Shown here: positions 38,257 to 47,996 of the stretch, in pieces
Layout of the letters: the number at the start of each line of letters is the position of its first letter
Numbering within the stretch: the stretch's first letter is position 1
Assembly (NCBI GenBank): GCA_039586795.1
Contig: JBDHJS010000017.1
Span: 1 to 64,000, forward strand
Direction: 5' to 3'
DNA length: 64,000 bases
DNA from: Gemmatimonadota bacterium
Lineage (GTDB): Bacteria > Gemmatimonadota > Gemmatimonadetes > Palauibacterales > KS3-K002
Program-made: the position numbers and the translations under genes
The notes under the pieces: model-generated
What the model was told of the DNA's origin: nothing
What the model saw: only the letters and a program-made list of their open reading frames with translations
Databases searched by the model: none

Positions 38257-39558
38257 ATGTCGCTACAGAAGACACTCGGCGAGAAGATTGATGCGTGGCG
38301 GCCGAGAACAGTTCGATTGCTCAAGGAGTTCGGAGACGTCAAGGTCAGCGACGTAACGATCGCCCAGGCGATCGGAGGCGCTCGTGGCGTAAGGTGCCTG
38401 GTGACAGACATCTCGTACCTCGATCCGAACGAAGGAATCCGTTTCCGCGGATATACGATTCCGGAGACGCTGGAAGCGCTTCCCAAGTACCCCGGCGCCG
38501 AGATGCCATACGTCGAGGGTCACATCTGGTTGCTGCTAACCGGAGACATCCCGACCGAAGCGCAGGTCAAGGAGCTGACGGCCGAGCTGCAGAAGCGGAG
38601 CGAGGTACCCGGCTACGTGTGGGACGTGCTGCGTGCCATGCCGCGGGATTCGCATCCGATGGCGATGTTCTCGGCAGCGATCATGTCGATGCAACGTGAG
38701 TCGGCATACGTAGCGGCTTACGAGAAGGGGATCGGCAAAATGGACCACTGGCAGCCGACGCTGGAAGACGCGCTGACCATCTGGGCCAGGATTCCGCAGA
38801 TCGGCGCCTTTATCTACCGCCTGAAGTACAAAGACGACAAACAGATCGATCCTGATCCGTCGCTCGACCTTGGCGGCAACTTCGCTCATATGATGGGGAT
38901 TGAGTCGCCATACGACGACGTGGCGCGGCTCTATTTCATCCTCCACTCCGATCACGAGAGTGGAAACGTCAGCGCCCACGCCGGCCACCTCGTCGGCAGC
39001 GCGCTCTCCGATCTGTACTACGCGACGTCGGCGATGGTGAACGGTCTCGCCGGCCCGCTGCACGGCCTGGCCAACCAGGAGGTCCTGCGTTGGATCCAAG
39101 GCGTGATGGACCAGATGGGCGGGAAGATTCCGAGCGAAGAGGAGATGAAGGAGTTCGTTTGGAATACGTTGAATTCCGGCCAGGTCGTACCCGGCTTCGG
39201 GCACGCCGTGCTGCGCAAGACCGACCCGCGCTACGCTGAGCAGCGCAACTTCTGCCTGAAGCATCTTCCCGACGACCCGATCTTCAAGTACGTGGATGTG
39301 CTGTACAAGGTCGTCCCGCCGATCCTGGAGGAGCAGGGCAAGGCGAAGAACCCGTGGCCGAACGTGGATGCGCAGTCAGGAGTAATTCAGTGGTACTACG
39401 GCCTTCGGGAGTACGATTTCTACACCGTACTATTCTCGATCGGCCGAGCGCTCGGCGTGCTGTCCAACATCACTTGGGACCGTGCTCTTGGGTATCCGAT
39501 TGAGCGACCCAAGTCAGTGACGACCGCGATGCTGGAAGACACGGCGGGCATCAAGTAG
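38257..39558 (+). CDS. gltA: Citrate (Si)-synthase, eukaryote/Geobacter-like type
   Basis: AAGGAGG RBS; GGARG, EGIRFRGYTIPE, HSDHESGNVSAH, GLAGPLHGLANQEVL, PGFGHAVLRKTDPRY, NPWPNVDA, IERPKS. Confidence 0.95.
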   Translation: MSLQKTLGEKIDAWRPRTVRLLKEFGDVKVSDVTIAQAIGGARGVRCLVTDISYLDPNEGIRFRGYTIPETLEALPKYPGAEMPYVEGHIWLLLTGDIPTEAQVKELTAELQKRSEVPGYVWDVLRAMPRDSHPMAMFSAAIMSMQRESAYVAAYEKGIGKMDHWQPTLEDALTIWARIPQIGAFIYRLKYKDDKQIDPDPSLDLGGNFAHMMGIESPYDDVARLYFILHSDHESGNVSAHAGHLVGSALSDLYYATSAMVNGLAGPLHGLANQEVLRWIQGVMDQMGGKIPSEEEMKEFVWNTLNSGQVVPGFGHAVLRKTDPRYAEQRNFCLKHLPDDPIFKYVDVLYKVVPPILEEQGKAKNPWPNVDAQSGVIQWYYGLREYDFYTVLFSIGRALGVLSNITWDRALGYPIERPKSVTTAMLEDTAGIK

Positions 39559-39565
39559 TCGAGAT

Positions 39566-39659
39566 GTAGATAGTTAGAATTGTAGACAAGTAGACCAGTG
39601 GATGAGAGGGACATCCGTCTCGTACACCGGTCTATTTGTCTACTCTTCTTTTTGTCTAC
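39566..39659. repeat. 94-bp imperfect palindrome built from GTAGAyAr octamers between convergent genes (possible bidirectional terminator or REP-like element)
   Basis: 39582-39600 vs 39625-39643 are 17/19 complementary; 39566-39573 pairs with 39652-39659. Confidence 0.8.
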
Positions 39660-40738
39660 TGGGAAGTCGAGATCACCGAGTCAAGCGCACCCATGACATC
39701 GGGCAAGTACCAAGCGCTGCAACCTCTCTTCATCGCCTCCAGCGCTTCGGAAGCCGACCGTGCTTCGCGATGCGCCCGCGACTCCGTAAGCGACACGAAT
39801 ATTTCGGCGGCGCCCACGATCTGTGCGCCGAACGGGATCTGTTCGCCGGACAGGCCTTCCGGGTAACCACTGCCGTCCAGGCGTTCGTGGTGGTATTGAA
39901 CGAAGTCAACAGCGCCTCCCAGGTTTGGAAGCGGTCGAAGGATGCTGGCGCCGGTCTTGACGTGGCCCTGAATGTGTCGGTACTCGTCATCGGTCAGCGG
40001 CCCGTTCTTGTGCATCACTGACTCGCGTATTGCGATCATACCGATGTCGTGCAGAAGGCATGCGACCCGTATCTCTTCTACGTCGGCGGAATCCATGGCA
40101 AGTTCGATGGCCATTCTTACGCCTAGTTCGGCAACGCGCTCGCTGTGACCTCTTAGGTACGGGTCCTTAGCCTCCATGGCACGGATGAGGGCCGTCAGAG
40201 TGGCAAGCGAGACCTCCTGAAGCTGCTCCGCCTGCAACTGGACTTGTTCGGTTCGCTTGTTTACCTCGGCGCGCAGCCAGGCCTCGAGCTGGTGTCGATA
40301 CAGCGCGTGGCTGCGACGGCGCAGCGCGCGCCTGACCGCCTCCAGCAGTTCATCCACCGGGACCGGCTTCTGTAGGTAGTCCTCGATGCCCAGCCGCAGA
40401 GACTCCACAGCGCTATTTGTATCTGCGGCTCCCGTCAGGACGAGAATGGCCAGGTCAGGATCCTCCTCCAGCGCCAGACTGGCCAGCTCCATCCCGTCCA
40501 TGTCGGGCATGCGGATATCGGTGATCAACAGGGAGACGCCGCCTTCTCTGATGCGAGGCAGCGCGCTTTGCCCGGATTCGAATACATCGACGGGATAGCC
40601 CTCGCGGCCGAGTACCTTGCTGAGCAGGTCGAGAACCTGAACCTCGTCGTCGACAATGACGACCGGCGAGTCTTCCGGGGTCGGGATGGCAGCGTTGAGG
40701 GCCGCCCGATCGTCTACGTCAAAAGGTGTCCAGTCCAT
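39656..40738 (-). CDS. Response regulator with HD-GYP phosphodiesterase domain (RpfG-like)
   Basis: IVDDE, ITDIRMPDMDG, YLQKP; EAKDPYLRGHSERV, LLHDIG, HHERLDGSGYP. Confidence 0.92.
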   Translation of the reverse strand: MDWTPFDVDDRAALNAAIPTPEDSPVVIVDDEVQVLDLLSKVLGREGYPVDVFESGQSALPRIREGGVSLLITDIRMPDMDGMELASLALEEDPDLAILVLTGAADTNSAVESLRLGIEDYLQKPVPVDELLEAVRRALRRRSHALYRHQLEAWLRAEVNKRTEQVQLQAEQLQEVSLATLTALIRAMEAKDPYLRGHSERVAELGVRMAIELAMDSADVEEIRVACLLHDIGMIAIRESVMHKNGPLTDDEYRHIQGHVKTGASILRPLPNLGGAVDFVQYHHERLDGSGYPEGLSGEQIPFGAQIVGAAEIFVSLTESRAHREARSASEALEAMKRGCSAWYLPDVMGALDSVISTSQ

Positions 40739-40879
40739 ACGCCGCTAACGGTGCATGTTATCGTTAGTCGAGATTTCGGGGTATCCGGCTAGGGATCCGG
40801 GCCGGGACGCGGCTTCACAAAATGCCGTACCTACTAACCCAAATACGTAAGATTTGTTTCCGCCGCCAGCACCCCAACC

Positions 40880-42781
40880 TCACTTCACAGCCTCGATGAT
40901 ACGCCGACGTTGGCCGGCTGTCAGCATGTCGCGGCCCACTACGCTTCTCACGATCCGCGCGACAAACGAGTACCCTCTCGCATCGGCGCTAAGCCAGCGC
41001 TGCCACTCGAGCTCGTCGAGCGCCGGACCCAAAGCGGCAGGATCGAGACCCGTTGCGTTCCCCAGGCTGGCGAACGTAACCGGCTCGTCGATGACCGCAG
41101 CCGCAGCGAGCACGTTCTGACCGTTCGGCGAAAGGCGGCGAAAGCCAACACGTACGGCCGCCGCAACGCCGTCCGGCAGTTCGCCGGGGAGCGACTGATC
41201 CAAAGTACGAAGCGGCTCCGGCCACGCGCCACTCGCGGCGCCAAGATCGAGTCCCAGCGCTACCGCGTGCAGCAGTTCGACAGCCAGTGTGGGCAGGCCT
41301 GCGGAATCGGTGGCCACACGCCGCGTTACGCGGTCCAACTCCACATCGTCATACGAGGGAAGAGCCCAACGGGCCAGCTGGCGGAGCGCCCGGTTCGGAA
41401 GCGGACCCAGTCGCAGAGATACTCCGGACAGGTCACGCCCGACGCGAGCACGCAGCTCGGCAATCTCCGGTCGTTCAGGATAAGTCGCTGCGGAAACCAT
41501 GACGAAGGTTGGCGTGCTTGCCAGGTCACGAAGCACGGCACCCAAGCCGAGTAGCGAGTCCCTGTCGAGCCACCCCGCGTCATCCACGAAAAGGAGGATT
41601 GGCTGTCGGCTGGCGAGGGCTCGTGCGACGTCGATGAAGGCGCGTCCAGGAGACATCGACTCGTCAGTCTTCTCCACATCGAACCGTTCCGCCCAACCCG
41701 GCAATCGCCGAGCGAGCGTCGCAATCGCGGCTGGCGTTACATCTTCTAGCCATGGCGCATCGAGAGGTACCCCTTGCGCCAAAGCGAAGGCGCCGTTCCA
41801 AGCCTCGTCCAGATCGGCTTCGACTGCTCTGGCAGTGGCCACGGCGCCTCCATCCAATCGCGCCCGGGCGAGCAACTCCTCTGCTAGGCGCGTACGTCCA
41901 GTGCCCGGGTCGCCTTCTATCAGTCCCAGCGTCGCATGCCTGTCGGCCAGGCAGCTCGACCATGCCGAGATGAGCTGCTCCAGCTCCCCTTCCCGGCCGA
42001 CCAACGGAGACCGACGCGTCTCCGCTCCCGCCGGTTCACCAGCGGCCCAGCGCTCCGGGAGCTTCCAGGTACGCTCGTGCCGAACACGCTCCGCCAGCTC
42101 CATCGTCTCCTCATCCGGCTCGACCTCGAGTTCTTCATCGAGGCGTCGTACCAGCGATTCAAAGACTGCCAGCGCGCCCGTACGGTCGCCAGCGATGGCC
42201 AGGCTGCGCATCGCGGTCCGCGCAGCAGCATCGGAGGTGCTATCAAAGCTGAGCGCCCGGCGCGCCGCGGCTGCAGACTCGCGTATCCTGCCGGCATCAA
42301 GGAGGTCATCGGCCCGATTGACCAGCGCATCGACCGACAGTTGTCGTAACCGAAAGCGCTCTGCGTGAAGCCAATCCTCCAACTCCGAACAACCGGGGAC
42401 AGCAAAGCCCTCCATGAAATCCCCGATCGCCAGATTGGCCGCGTCTTCCCAATTCCCGTCGTCGGTCAATTCCTCAAAGCGGTCAACGTCCAACTCAACC
42501 GTTCCCGGAGACAGTCTCACCTGGTCCCCTTCGCTCTCCAGAGCCGTGGGGCCCAGATACTTGCGAAGCACGCGCACCGCTTCGTTGAGAGAATGGCGAG
42601 CGGCGGGCTCCGGCTTATCACCCCAGAGCAGACCAACCAGGTGGTCTCGCGACCGCGTGAGCTTGGGAGAACGCGCCAGGTAGACCAGCAAGGCCAGGTT
42701 CTTCCGCCACAGCAACTCCGGCGCAGCCGTTTCGCCGGCCACCGAGATCTCTACCGGACCCAGAACGCGAACGGTGATCAT
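40880..42781 (-). CDS. SARP/BTAD domain + AAA/STAND-type ATPase regulator
   Basis: VRVLGP, LALLVYLA, SRDHLVGLLW, ARHSLNEA, EDWLHAER, PLVGREGEL, GDPGTGRT, LFVDDAGWLD. Confidence 0.85.
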   Translation of the reverse strand: MITVRVLGPVEISVAGETAAPELLWRKNLALLVYLARSPKLTRSRDHLVGLLWGDKPEPAARHSLNEAVRVLRKYLGPTALESEGDQVRLSPGTVELDVDRFEELTDDGNWEDAANLAIGDFMEGFAVPGCSELEDWLHAERFRLRQLSVDALVNRADDLLDAGRIRESAAAARRALSFDSTSDAAARTAMRSLAIAGDRTGALAVFESLVRRLDEELEVEPDEETMELAERVRHERTWKLPERWAAGEPAGAETRRSPLVGREGELEQLISAWSSCLADRHATLGLIEGDPGTGRTRLAEELLARARLDGGAVATARAVEADLDEAWNGAFALAQGVPLDAPWLEDVTPAAIATLARRLPGWAERFDVEKTDESMSPGRAFIDVARALASRQPILLFVDDAGWLDRDSLLGLGAVLRDLASTPTFVMVSAATYPERPEIAELRARVGRDLSGVSLRLGPLPNRALRQLARWALPSYDDVELDRVTRRVATDSAGLPTLAVELLHAVALGLDLGAASGAWPEPLRTLDQSLPGELPDGVAAAVRVGFRRLSPNGQNVLAAAAVIDEPVTFASLGNATGLDPAALGPALDELEWQRWLSADARGYSFVARIVRSVVGRDMLTAGQRRRIIEAVK

Positions 42782-42791
42782 TTCACCTCGA

Positions 42792-45704
42792 TCATCTTTG
42801 CAGGTCGTTGCACGCCAGCTCTGCTTGCGCCACCGCACTACTCAGATGAGAGGAAAGTCTCGGAGACGCCTGAGACCATAGCTCACTAACCCGAGCCAAA
42901 AGAGGGCAGGCCAGACTGTACTCCCCGCGATCGAAAGCGGATCTGCCCCTGAGATACCGTCCGAACGTCCCCAACGCCCAATCGACTTCGCCAGCCTGCG
43001 CCGGCTCGGTCACCGGGAAGCCGACAATATCGACAGCCTGATACCATCTCCACTCGCGTTCGGCTGCGGTGCCATCACCCAAACGCGTGAACCATTCGCC
43101 TCGCTTTAGATGAAGCGCGGCGCGCGCAAAGCTATCGCCGAGCCTACCCGGAGGTTCGGGGCCACCTTCCAGCTGGCTGGTCATCGCCTGTAGCTCCAAC
43201 AGAGCCTCGCTCTCCGCCAGCGCATCCCGTGGCCGACCTCTCACGTCCGCATCCATCGCTACCAGAAGTCCGTCAAGCCCGTCGTCCGTACGCGAATCGG
43301 AGGTAGCTTGCATTAGCCGAGCCCAGCTACCGCCGCGTGCCGTGTCGCCCTGCGCATACGCATCCATCGCCAGCGCCCACGCCGCACGGCGCGCGACGGT
43401 CGAATCACCGAGCAAGGCTTCCAGCTCTTCGCGAGCCCAATGCATCTCTTCGTCCGATGTCATCGGTATACCGAGGGCCGGGGGCAGTACACGCCACTCA
43501 GCCGCCTGTAGCCGACTCTCCGGTGAGTCGAACAGAGCGGCCGCCGAATCAAAGGCAGCCAGAGCCAGATCGGTCTGGCCCAGCATGAGATGGCCGAGCG
43601 CGGCAGCTTCGAACCCTCCGGCGCGGAACAGGCTCTGTACGGCCAACTGGCTCAGCAGTGAGCCGAGGCGCACCTGGGTGTTCGGGATATCAAATGAGCC
43701 GACCAGTCTCGAGATAGGGGCCAACCACTCAGGTGAAGAGAATACCGTGTCGGCCATCAACGCCTGCAGGTTGGACGTTGCCTGCTCCGGCATGAAGCGC
43801 GTCTCATACGCCAGCCAAAGGAGATCGGACGACGCCTGCCAGCCTTCTTCCAGATTCGCTGAAACGGCAGGCATGGCCTCCAGCACACGCAACGCATCTT
43901 CCGCCCGACCCAACCGAATGTATGCCCAGACCAAAAGAACGTAGGAGGAAGACCAGGAGGATCGGATCCTGACAGCCTCCTCGAGCACAGTGGTCGCATC
44001 TTCCAGCGACTCACCCCACAACGCTCCCCGATTGAATAGTTCCTCGCCAAGCAAGAACGTTGCGAAGTCGTCCTGCGGATACCGGTCAACCGCGTCTCTG
44101 TAGGCGGCGAGTCGAGCGGGCCCCGCCGGTTCCAGTTGCGCCGCCATCAAAAGGCTATCGGACGTACCTAGGTTGGAGGAATACCGCTCGAACAGGCGGC
44201 CGTAGTCCACTGGGTACGGCCCATAGTAACCCAACCATCGGTAGGCAGTGGCCAGGTGCCACCAGGCCTGGATGAAGGTCGAGTCATACTGGATGGCCCG
44301 CTCGTAGTGCTCCCGCGCCCGCGGCCAGTCGCCACGCTCGAAGGCTTTCTCGCCATTAGCGTAGCTGGTTAGGGCATCGGGGTCCCGAGTAAGACGTCGC
44401 ACCTCAGGATGCACGCCGCCCAGCAAAATGGTCTGCAGTCGGCGGGTGATAGAATCGCTTACCGAACCGAGGGACACCGCTTCCAACCGAATCTCTCCAG
44501 ACTCGGGATGCGTCGCGCCGGTCGCGTCGAATACACGCAGCTCGATCTCTGCCCCGTCTTCTTCGACAATGATGGTGGCATCGACCGCATATCTCGCGTT
44601 CAGTTCACTCGCGGCCTGTTGCACGGTCTCGATCCCGGCGGCTTCCGCCGCTGAATACCAGGGAAAGGACACGGTCGTGGGGACGATGCGGACGTCGGGT
44701 AGAAGCTCCAACTGATCTCTGACGATGAACGCGGCGGAGGTATCGTCAAAACTCTGGCTCGGTAGGCCTCGAACGCTGAACGGCAGGATCGCCAGGTCGG
44801 CGGCGTCGAGCGCAACCACAGGCCTCAGAGAGAAATACAGGATCGCCACGATCGCGAGGCCGGCAGCCGCCACTGGACCATAGCGCCAAAGCGGCCGACG
44901 GCGAGCGCCCGCCAGCCACCCGCTGCCCAACGCCGCACGGAACTCCGCCGCGCTCCCCCAACGGTCATCCGGTTTCCAGCTAAGCGCTTTGCGAAGAACC
45001 GGGACCAGTCGTCGAGGTACGCCTGACCAGTCGACCTCTTCACTCGTCGCTGCGATCGACCATCGCCGACCCGTAAGCGCCTCATAGACGATCATGCCGA
45101 CCGCGTAAAGGTCCGTCCTGTTGGTCGAACTCCCGCTCGCCTGCTCCGGCGGCATGTACGCTGGAGTTCCTATCCCTTGTCCCGGCTCCGTCAGAGGAGG
45201 TGAGTCGTCGTCCACCGGCTTCGCCAACCCGAAATCGCCCAGCAAGACTCGATCACCCACCAGAAAGACATTACCGGGCTTGACATCACGATGGATGATC
45301 CCGTGCTCATGGGCCGTCTCGAGCGCGTCCAACAGATCGCAACTCATGCGAACCGCAGCTTCTTCGCTCAACGGACCTCGTGTCAGGCGTTCGGCCAACG
45401 TCTCACCCTGTACATACTCCATCACGTAGTAGAACAGGCCGTCTTCTTCACCGGCGCTATGAACGGGGACGACATTGGGGTGATTGAGGTTCGCCAGGAT
45501 GCGGGCCTCGCGCAGGAAGCGCTCGGCCGCTGTGGCTGTAGCTAGCTCGGGCCGCAGGATCTTAACGGCGACAGAACGCTCGAGCGTCGTGTCCCGGGCG
45601 AGATAAACGGTGCCCATCCCTCCGGCGCCGAGTTCGCGCTCGACATCGTACTTCCGGGCCAGAGCGGCTCGCAGGCGGTTCGATACAGGGTCGGACATAC
45701 TCAT
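42792..45704 (-). CDS. Membrane Ser/Thr protein kinase with C-terminal TPR-like region
   Basis: LGAGGMGTVY, VAVK, IIHRDVKPGN, DFGLAK, GTPAYMPPE, one TM helix, LAILPF, TPR-like helices. Confidence 0.93.
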   Translation of the reverse strand: MSMSDPVSNRLRAALARKYDVERELGAGGMGTVYLARDTTLERSVAVKILRPELATATAAERFLREARILANLNHPNVVPVHSAGEEDGLFYYVMEYVQGETLAERLTRGPLSEEAAVRMSCDLLDALETAHEHGIIHRDVKPGNVFLVGDRVLLGDFGLAKPVDDDSPPLTEPGQGIGTPAYMPPEQASGSSTNRTDLYAVGMIVYEALTGRRWSIAATSEEVDWSGVPRRLVPVLRKALSWKPDDRWGSAAEFRAALGSGWLAGARRRPLWRYGPVAAAGLAIVAILYFSLRPVVALDAADLAILPFSVRGLPSQSFDDTSAAFIVRDQLELLPDVRIVPTTVSFPWYSAAEAAGIETVQQAASELNARYAVDATIIVEEDGAEIELRVFDATGATHPESGEIRLEAVSLGSVSDSITRRLQTILLGGVHPEVRRLTRDPDALTSYANGEKAFERGDWPRAREHYERAIQYDSTFIQAWWHLATAYRWLGYYGPYPVDYGRLFERYSSNLGTSDSLLMAAQLEPAGPARLAAYRDAVDRYPQDDFATFLLGEELFNRGALWGESLEDATTVLEEAVRIRSSWSSSYVLLVWAYIRLGRAEDALRVLEAMPAVSANLEEGWQASSDLLWLAYETRFMPEQATSNLQALMADTVFSSPEWLAPISRLVGSFDIPNTQVRLGSLLSQLAVQSLFRAGGFEAAALGHLMLGQTDLALAAFDSAAALFDSPESRLQAAEWRVLPPALGIPMTSDEEMHWAREELEALLGDSTVARRAAWALAMDAYAQGDTARGGSWARLMQATSDSRTDDGLDGLLVAMDADVRGRPRDALAESEALLELQAMTSQLEGGPEPPGRLGDSFARAALHLKRGEWFTRLGDGTAAEREWRWYQAVDIVGFPVTEPAQAGEVDWALGTFGRYLRGRSAFDRGEYSLACPLLARVSELWSQASPRLSSHLSSAVAQAELACNDLQR

Positions 45705-45843
45705 GGGCCAATCTGGAGACTGAGAGATAGCTTACTGGCGGCGATCGCTGTCGTCAATCCGTGGTGTAGAGCCCGACCCGGAGCCGCGAAGCTCTCGGTA
45801 GATCGGATGCGGTTCGTGAGGCGCTGAAGGAGTACAGTCTTCG

Positions 45844-46236
45844 TTACGGTTTACGCCGACGGATCTTTCGCGGCTCGTCGCCACCGCGAATACGCTGCTC
45901 AATCTCTCCGAGCAACGTGTCCTCGCCCGCCTTGCTACCACCGAAGAGGCCGTCCGTATCGGCCTGGCGGGACGCGCTGTACAGGTTGAGCCAGAGGTCG
46001 GCTTTCTCGCCAAAGCGGAGAATCGCGTAGAAGAAGCGGCCGCGACGCTCGCCACCGAAGAGTAGTTCGACGATGGCCGCGCCGATCGACAGCGGCATCA
46101 GCGTGATGTCGATGAGACCGTCAAGAAACAGCTTGAGTTGAAAGAGCAGCAGGTCGCGGACGATGACGAAGCGGGAAACGCCTTTCTCGTCGTCGGGTCG
46201 AGGGCTCACTCCACGTGGATCGCTCCGGTACGTCAT
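45844..46236 (-). CDS. Hypothetical membrane-associated protein
   Basis: RDLLLFQLKLFLDGLID...FYAILRFGEKADLWLNLY; GC3-rich codons from ATG 46236. Confidence 0.7.
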   Translation of the reverse strand: MTYRSDPRGVSPRPDDEKGVSRFVIVRDLLLFQLKLFLDGLIDITLMPLSIGAAIVELLFGGERRGRFFYAILRFGEKADLWLNLYSASRQADTDGLFGGSKAGEDTLLGEIEQRIRGGDEPRKIRRRKP

Positions 46237-46388
46237 ATTCGATGCGCTCTCTTTGCTGTGCACTGATTTGATCGGGTCGCGAATGATATGTCTTACCAAT
46301 AGACAAGCGCAGCGAAGCGTGTCAAGCTTTCGGGCGGCCAGCCGTCCGACTAGTGTATCAAGCACCCTTGTCGCGAGGAGATCACTTC

Positions 46389-47216
46389 ATGCAATTCGAT
46401 TCTGACACCAGCGCGTTTCGTCGAGACCTTCTGAACGGCCAGGTAGCGCTGGTCACCGGTGGAGGCACCGGAATTGGGGCCGGCATCGCCCGGGCGCTTG
46501 CTGCCCACGGCGCCGACATCGTTCTGGCCAGTCGGAGGCGGTCGCACCTGGAGCCGATGGTGGGCGAGCTCCAGGCTCTGGGCAGCGAAGTGCTTATTCA
46601 GAAACTGGACATCCGCGATCGCGAGGGCTGCGAGGCCGTGGTCGCCGAGACGCTGGCTCGTTTCGGTCGACTGGATATCCTGGTGAACAACGCCGCCGGA
46701 AACTTCTTGACGCGGTCGGCGGAGCTCTCGGAGAAGGGTTGGCGTGCGGTTGTGGACATCGTGTTGACCGGCACGTTCAACATGAGCCAGGCGGTCTATC
46801 CGGTGATGCGAGATGCGGGTGGCGGTTCGATCGTCAACATAACGACGACCTACGTCGATACGGGGGCGCCGTACATGGCACACTCGGGTGCGGCGAAAGC
46901 TGGGGTCATGAACCTGACGCGTACTCTGGCGGTGGAATGGGGTGCCGATGGAGTACGGGCCAACGCTGTGGCACCTGGATTAGTAGAAGAAACGGAGGGG
47001 GCCCGGCGATTGGCTGAATCGATTGGGCTCGTCGACGACTATCTTGCACAGGTTCCGCTTGGCACCCTGGCGCGGGCGGAAGACGTGGCAGCCGCCGTAT
47101 TGTTTCTCTGTAGTCCAGCCGCTTCTCACATCACCGGGGTCGAGATCACCGTAGACGGCGGCTCCAGCATCGGCGGTTTGTTCAAGCAGATCAGCGATCG
47201 GCTGCCATCACCCTGA
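46389..47216 (+). CDS. SDR oxidoreductase, 2,4-dienoyl-CoA reductase-like
   Basis: GAGGAG RBS; TGGGTGIG, LVNNAAGNF, HSGAAKAGV, LAVEWG, VDGG. Confidence 0.9.
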   Translation: MQFDSDTSAFRRDLLNGQVALVTGGGTGIGAGIARALAAHGADIVLASRRRSHLEPMVGELQALGSEVLIQKLDIRDREGCEAVVAETLARFGRLDILVNNAAGNFLTRSAELSEKGWRAVVDIVLTGTFNMSQAVYPVMRDAGGGSIVNITTTYVDTGAPYMAHSGAAKAGVMNLTRTLAVEWGADGVRANAVAPGLVEETEGARRLAESIGLVDDYLAQVPLGTLARAEDVAAAVLFLCSPAASHITGVEITVDGGSSIGGLFKQISDRLPSP

Positions 47217-47492
47217 CATATCGCCGAGCTTCTTGATCGTCGCGACGGAAGACATGGGCAACACGATCTGCTCGTGCTTCTTCCACACTCCTACCTTCGC
47301 CGCTTGCTTGACGAACTCTTCTTTCGAGCGACCGTCCTTGCCCTCTTCATGCTCGTCGACATCGAGGAGCACGACCTGCTGGTCGTTCATCTCCCAGCAA
47401 CGCCCGACGAAGATGCGGGGGCCAGTCGTATCGACGACCACGGTCATGCCGTGAAGCTCGCCCTTATCGCTGTGGAACGTACCCATCATCAA
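47208..47492 (-). CDS. Small hypothetical protein, possible Sm/LSm-like fold
   Basis: Abuts the bacilliredoxin stop; GMTVVVDT...FVGR...VVLLDVD...IVLPMSSVATI. Confidence 0.7.
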   Translation of the reverse strand: MMMGTFHSDKGELHGMTVVVDTTGPRIFVGRCWEMNDQQVVLLDVDEHEEGKDGRSKEEFVKQAAKVGVWKKHEQIVLPMSSVATIKKLGDMSG

Positions 47493-47921
47493 TCAGGATG
47501 TCGTCGCGCAGAATTCCTGTAGCGCCTTGGTCAGCTCACTCGCGACATCCTCTGCCGACCGGCCTTCGATCTGGTGGCGGGGAACGAAGTGGACCACCTC
47601 GCCATCACGGAACAGTGCTATGGACGGACTGCTGGGAGGGTACTCCGCAAAGTAGCTGCGCGCCTGGGCAACAGCTTCCAGGTCCTGCCCGGCGAACACT
47701 GTTGCCAGGCGATCGGGACGCGGTCCCTGTTCGATGGCCAATCGTACGCCAGGACGAGCCATCCCAGCGGCACAGCCGCATACCGAATTCACGACGACAA
47801 GCGCCGTCCCTTCTTTGGCCGCCATGAACTCGTCAACGTCCTGGGCGGTCATCAGCTCCTTGAAGCCAATGGCAGTGAGTTCCTGACGCATCGGCTGAAC
47901 GAGCAAGTTATCGTATGGCAA
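47493..47921 (-). CDS. BrxA/BrxB family bacilliredoxin
   Basis: AGGAGG RBS; PMRQELT, VNSVCGCAAGMARP, TVFAGQD, PPSSPSIAL, RHQIEGR. Confidence 0.92.
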   Translation of the reverse strand: MPYDNLLVQPMRQELTAIGFKELMTAQDVDEFMAAKEGTALVVVNSVCGCAAGMARPGVRLAIEQGPRPDRLATVFAGQDLEAVAQARSYFAEYPPSSPSIALFRDGEVVHFVPRHQIEGRSAEDVASELTKALQEFCATTS

Positions 47922-47996
47922 TGCTTCCTCCTGTTGGGGCGTCTCACGAAGCGGCCGATAATATATTTCGCACCGGCCAGGTTTCCAGTTCTCCGG

